NCBI GenBank assembly: GCA_963813155.1
Contig: CAWEYG010000002.1
Location: forward strand, 608,001-672,000
DNA: 64,000 nucleotides
From: an uncultured Acidobacteriota bacterium
Lineage (GTDB): Bacteria; Acidobacteriota; Thermoanaerobaculia; UBA5066; DATFVB01
Direction of reading: 5' to 3'
Below the pieces are notes generated by a model that was given only the letters and a program-made list of their open reading frames with translations, was not told the DNA's origin and searched no databases. The first letter of the stretch is position 1, and each line of letters starts with the position of its first letter. Below, one piece after another: positions 62,113-64,000 of this stretch. The position numbers and the translations under genes were made by a program.

Positions 62113-64000
62113 ATGGCTTGCCGGGGATTGGCGGTAACCACGAATCCAACGATCGATTTGGGAATCGCGGGGTGTCGGGTTCCCCTCCATTCCCACATCG
62201 CCTGCTTCTGGGAAACCGAGCAGGAAGTCGCCGATGCTCTCGGTTTTCTGGAGAGCCGGGCTCTCGGGCTCGGACCACTGTGTCGTGGTGGGAGATCGCG
62301 CCGGATCTCGAACGCACTCTGGACGCTCTCGCGGGCGACGATTTCGACGTCGAAAGTCTCCGGGCCCGAAAGCAACTGACCGTCCTCGAACGCGCGGCGA
62401 CGGCGAAGGCAGACGCTCGAGCAGATCTCGAACGCCGTCGAAACCGCGCTTGCGGCCGGCGCTCCCCTGGTTCGCCTCTTCAACATCTCGGGTTGGGGCC
62501 GGCAGGCCGGCCTGGTGGATGGGGAGCTCTTCTGCTTCGAGGCTCTCCTCACGGAGGCGGCCAGGAGCTGGCCCTGCGTCGTTTTCTGTCTGCACGAAGT
62601 GAAGGCCACGACGGGGCCGGTCCTTCGGCACGGCGTGTTGGAAACGCATCCCCAGACGTTTTGCCACGGGAGCGTCTCTCCGCAATCCTCTCTTCGTTCC
62701 GTTCGAGAAGGTCGCGGGAAGTCTTTCGGCCGAGGCCGCCAACCTCTCGAGGCACCAGGGAGAACGAGAGGCGTTCCACCGCGAGTCGGAGATCCTGCGC
62801 GCCATTCTCGACAACGCTCCGCTCATGATTTCGCTCTACGACGCTCAGGGCCGCCTGCTCTTCGCGAATCGGGAATGGGAACGCCTCCTCGGCTGGTCGG
62901 TTGAGGAGGCTCGGCACACCGACATTCTCGCCGAGGCGTACCCGGATCCCGAAAAACTGCGCGAGGTCCGCGAGTTCATGCAGAAGTCGGAGGGGCGGTG
63001 GTCGGACTTCCGGACGCGCCGGCGAGACGGGCGCGAAATCGACACTTTCTGGATCCGGAACGAGCTCTCGGACGGAACGCGCCTCGGGTTCGGATTGGAC
63101 GTGACGGAACGCAAGCGCGCGGAAGAGGCCTCGCAGCAGATCGCCCGGAAGGTCCAGGCTTTATCGGAGCAAGAGGAAGCTCACCTTCGGCTCGTCATCA
63201 ACACCATTCCCGCGATGGCGTGGAGTCGTTCGGCCGGATGGAGCCGTGGATTTCATCAATCAACGCTGGCTGGAATACACGGGTCTCTCGCTGGAGGAGG
63301 CACTCGAGAACGCAACCCGCATCGTTCACCCGGAGGAGTTCTCGATGGTCATGGAACAGGGGCTTCGCAACATGAGGACGGGAACCCCGTGGGAGAACGA
63401 GATCCGTCTGCGCCGCGCCGACGGCGAGTACCGCTGGTTTCTGGTGCGCACCGTGCCGTTGCGCGACGAGCACGGAAACATCGTCAAGTGGTACGGAACG
63501 AGCACCGACATCGAGGATCGAAAGCAGGCGGAAGAGAAGCTCCGGGCGACCACCGAACAGCTGCGGGCGCTCTCGGCAAGCCTTCAATCGGCCCGGGAAG
63601 ACGTGAGCACGCGGATCGCCCGGGAGGTGCACGACGAAGTCGGGCAGGCACTGGCGGCCCTCGGGATGGACGTGGCGTGGCTGTCGAAGAACCTCGGCCG
63701 CTCCGCAGCAAAATCGACCCTTGCCGCGAAACTCAAATCGATGGCCGGGCTCGTGGAATCCACCGCCCAGGCCGTGCAGCGCATCGCTTCCGACCTGCGC
63801 CCCAGCCTTCTCGACAACCTCGGTCTCGAGGCCGCCGTCGATTGGGCCGTCACCGGTTTCCAGCAGCGGACCGGGATCACGTGCCGGCTCGAGGAGCTCC
63901 TCGACGGCGAACCGACCGAGCCGACTCGCGCGACGGCGATCTTCCGGATCCTGCAGGAAGCTCTGACGAACATCGCCCGGCACGCCCGCGCGAGCCGGGT
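62113..64000 (+). CDS. MEDS-PAS-PAS-HisKA_3 sensor histidine kinase, several frameshifts, 3'-partial
   Basis: HSHIACFWE (MEDS-like); PAS segments (FANREWE.LLGW; INQRWLEYTG...VHPEE...RRADGEYRW...WYGTSTDIEDRK); RIAREVHDEVGQAL, LRPSLLD.LGL, FRILQEALTNIARHA read from the DNA. Confidence 0.75.

Overview
High-GC (~68%) bacterial chromosomal segment. Gene content suggests Acidobacteriota, probably Thermoanaerobaculia (inference: lineage-typical secreted domains, kinase-TPR receptors). About ten genes carry single-base frameshifts, most simply explained by long-read assembly indels. Contents in order: peptide-type ABC binding protein; a DUF3857/transglutaminase pair; an SBBP propeller protein; a near-complete kynurenine (Trp catabolic) cluster; a MazF-type TA pair; a receptor Ser/Thr kinase followed by a small Cys-rich secreted protein; a GGDEF-EAL protein; tRNA-fMet; ruvX-mltG-pseudokinase/TonB-FAH-dinB-ampG; a fused 2-oxoacid dehydrogenase E1; a VapBC pair; xerC; sodC; a porin/redox operon preceded by a Cys-rich leader ORF; gluQ; a Fur/FTR1 iron module; tyrS; a CuA protein; a PilT-like ATPase; an IS30 inserted in a REP; SAM-I riboswitch-yitJ-metH; and a DGC/sensor kinase locus. 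Best candidates for undescribed biology: (1) a candidate metal-sensing ribosome-stalling leader whose Pro-Pro codons form the anti-SD of the downstream porin-redox operon; (2) a candidate receptor-kinase/ligand gene pair; (3) a pseudokinase-TonB fusion; (4) pervasive leaderless and back-to-back promoters plus CTG starts; (5) a REP-targeting IS30 that takes its stop codon from the target. All calls were made by eye, with no database searches.
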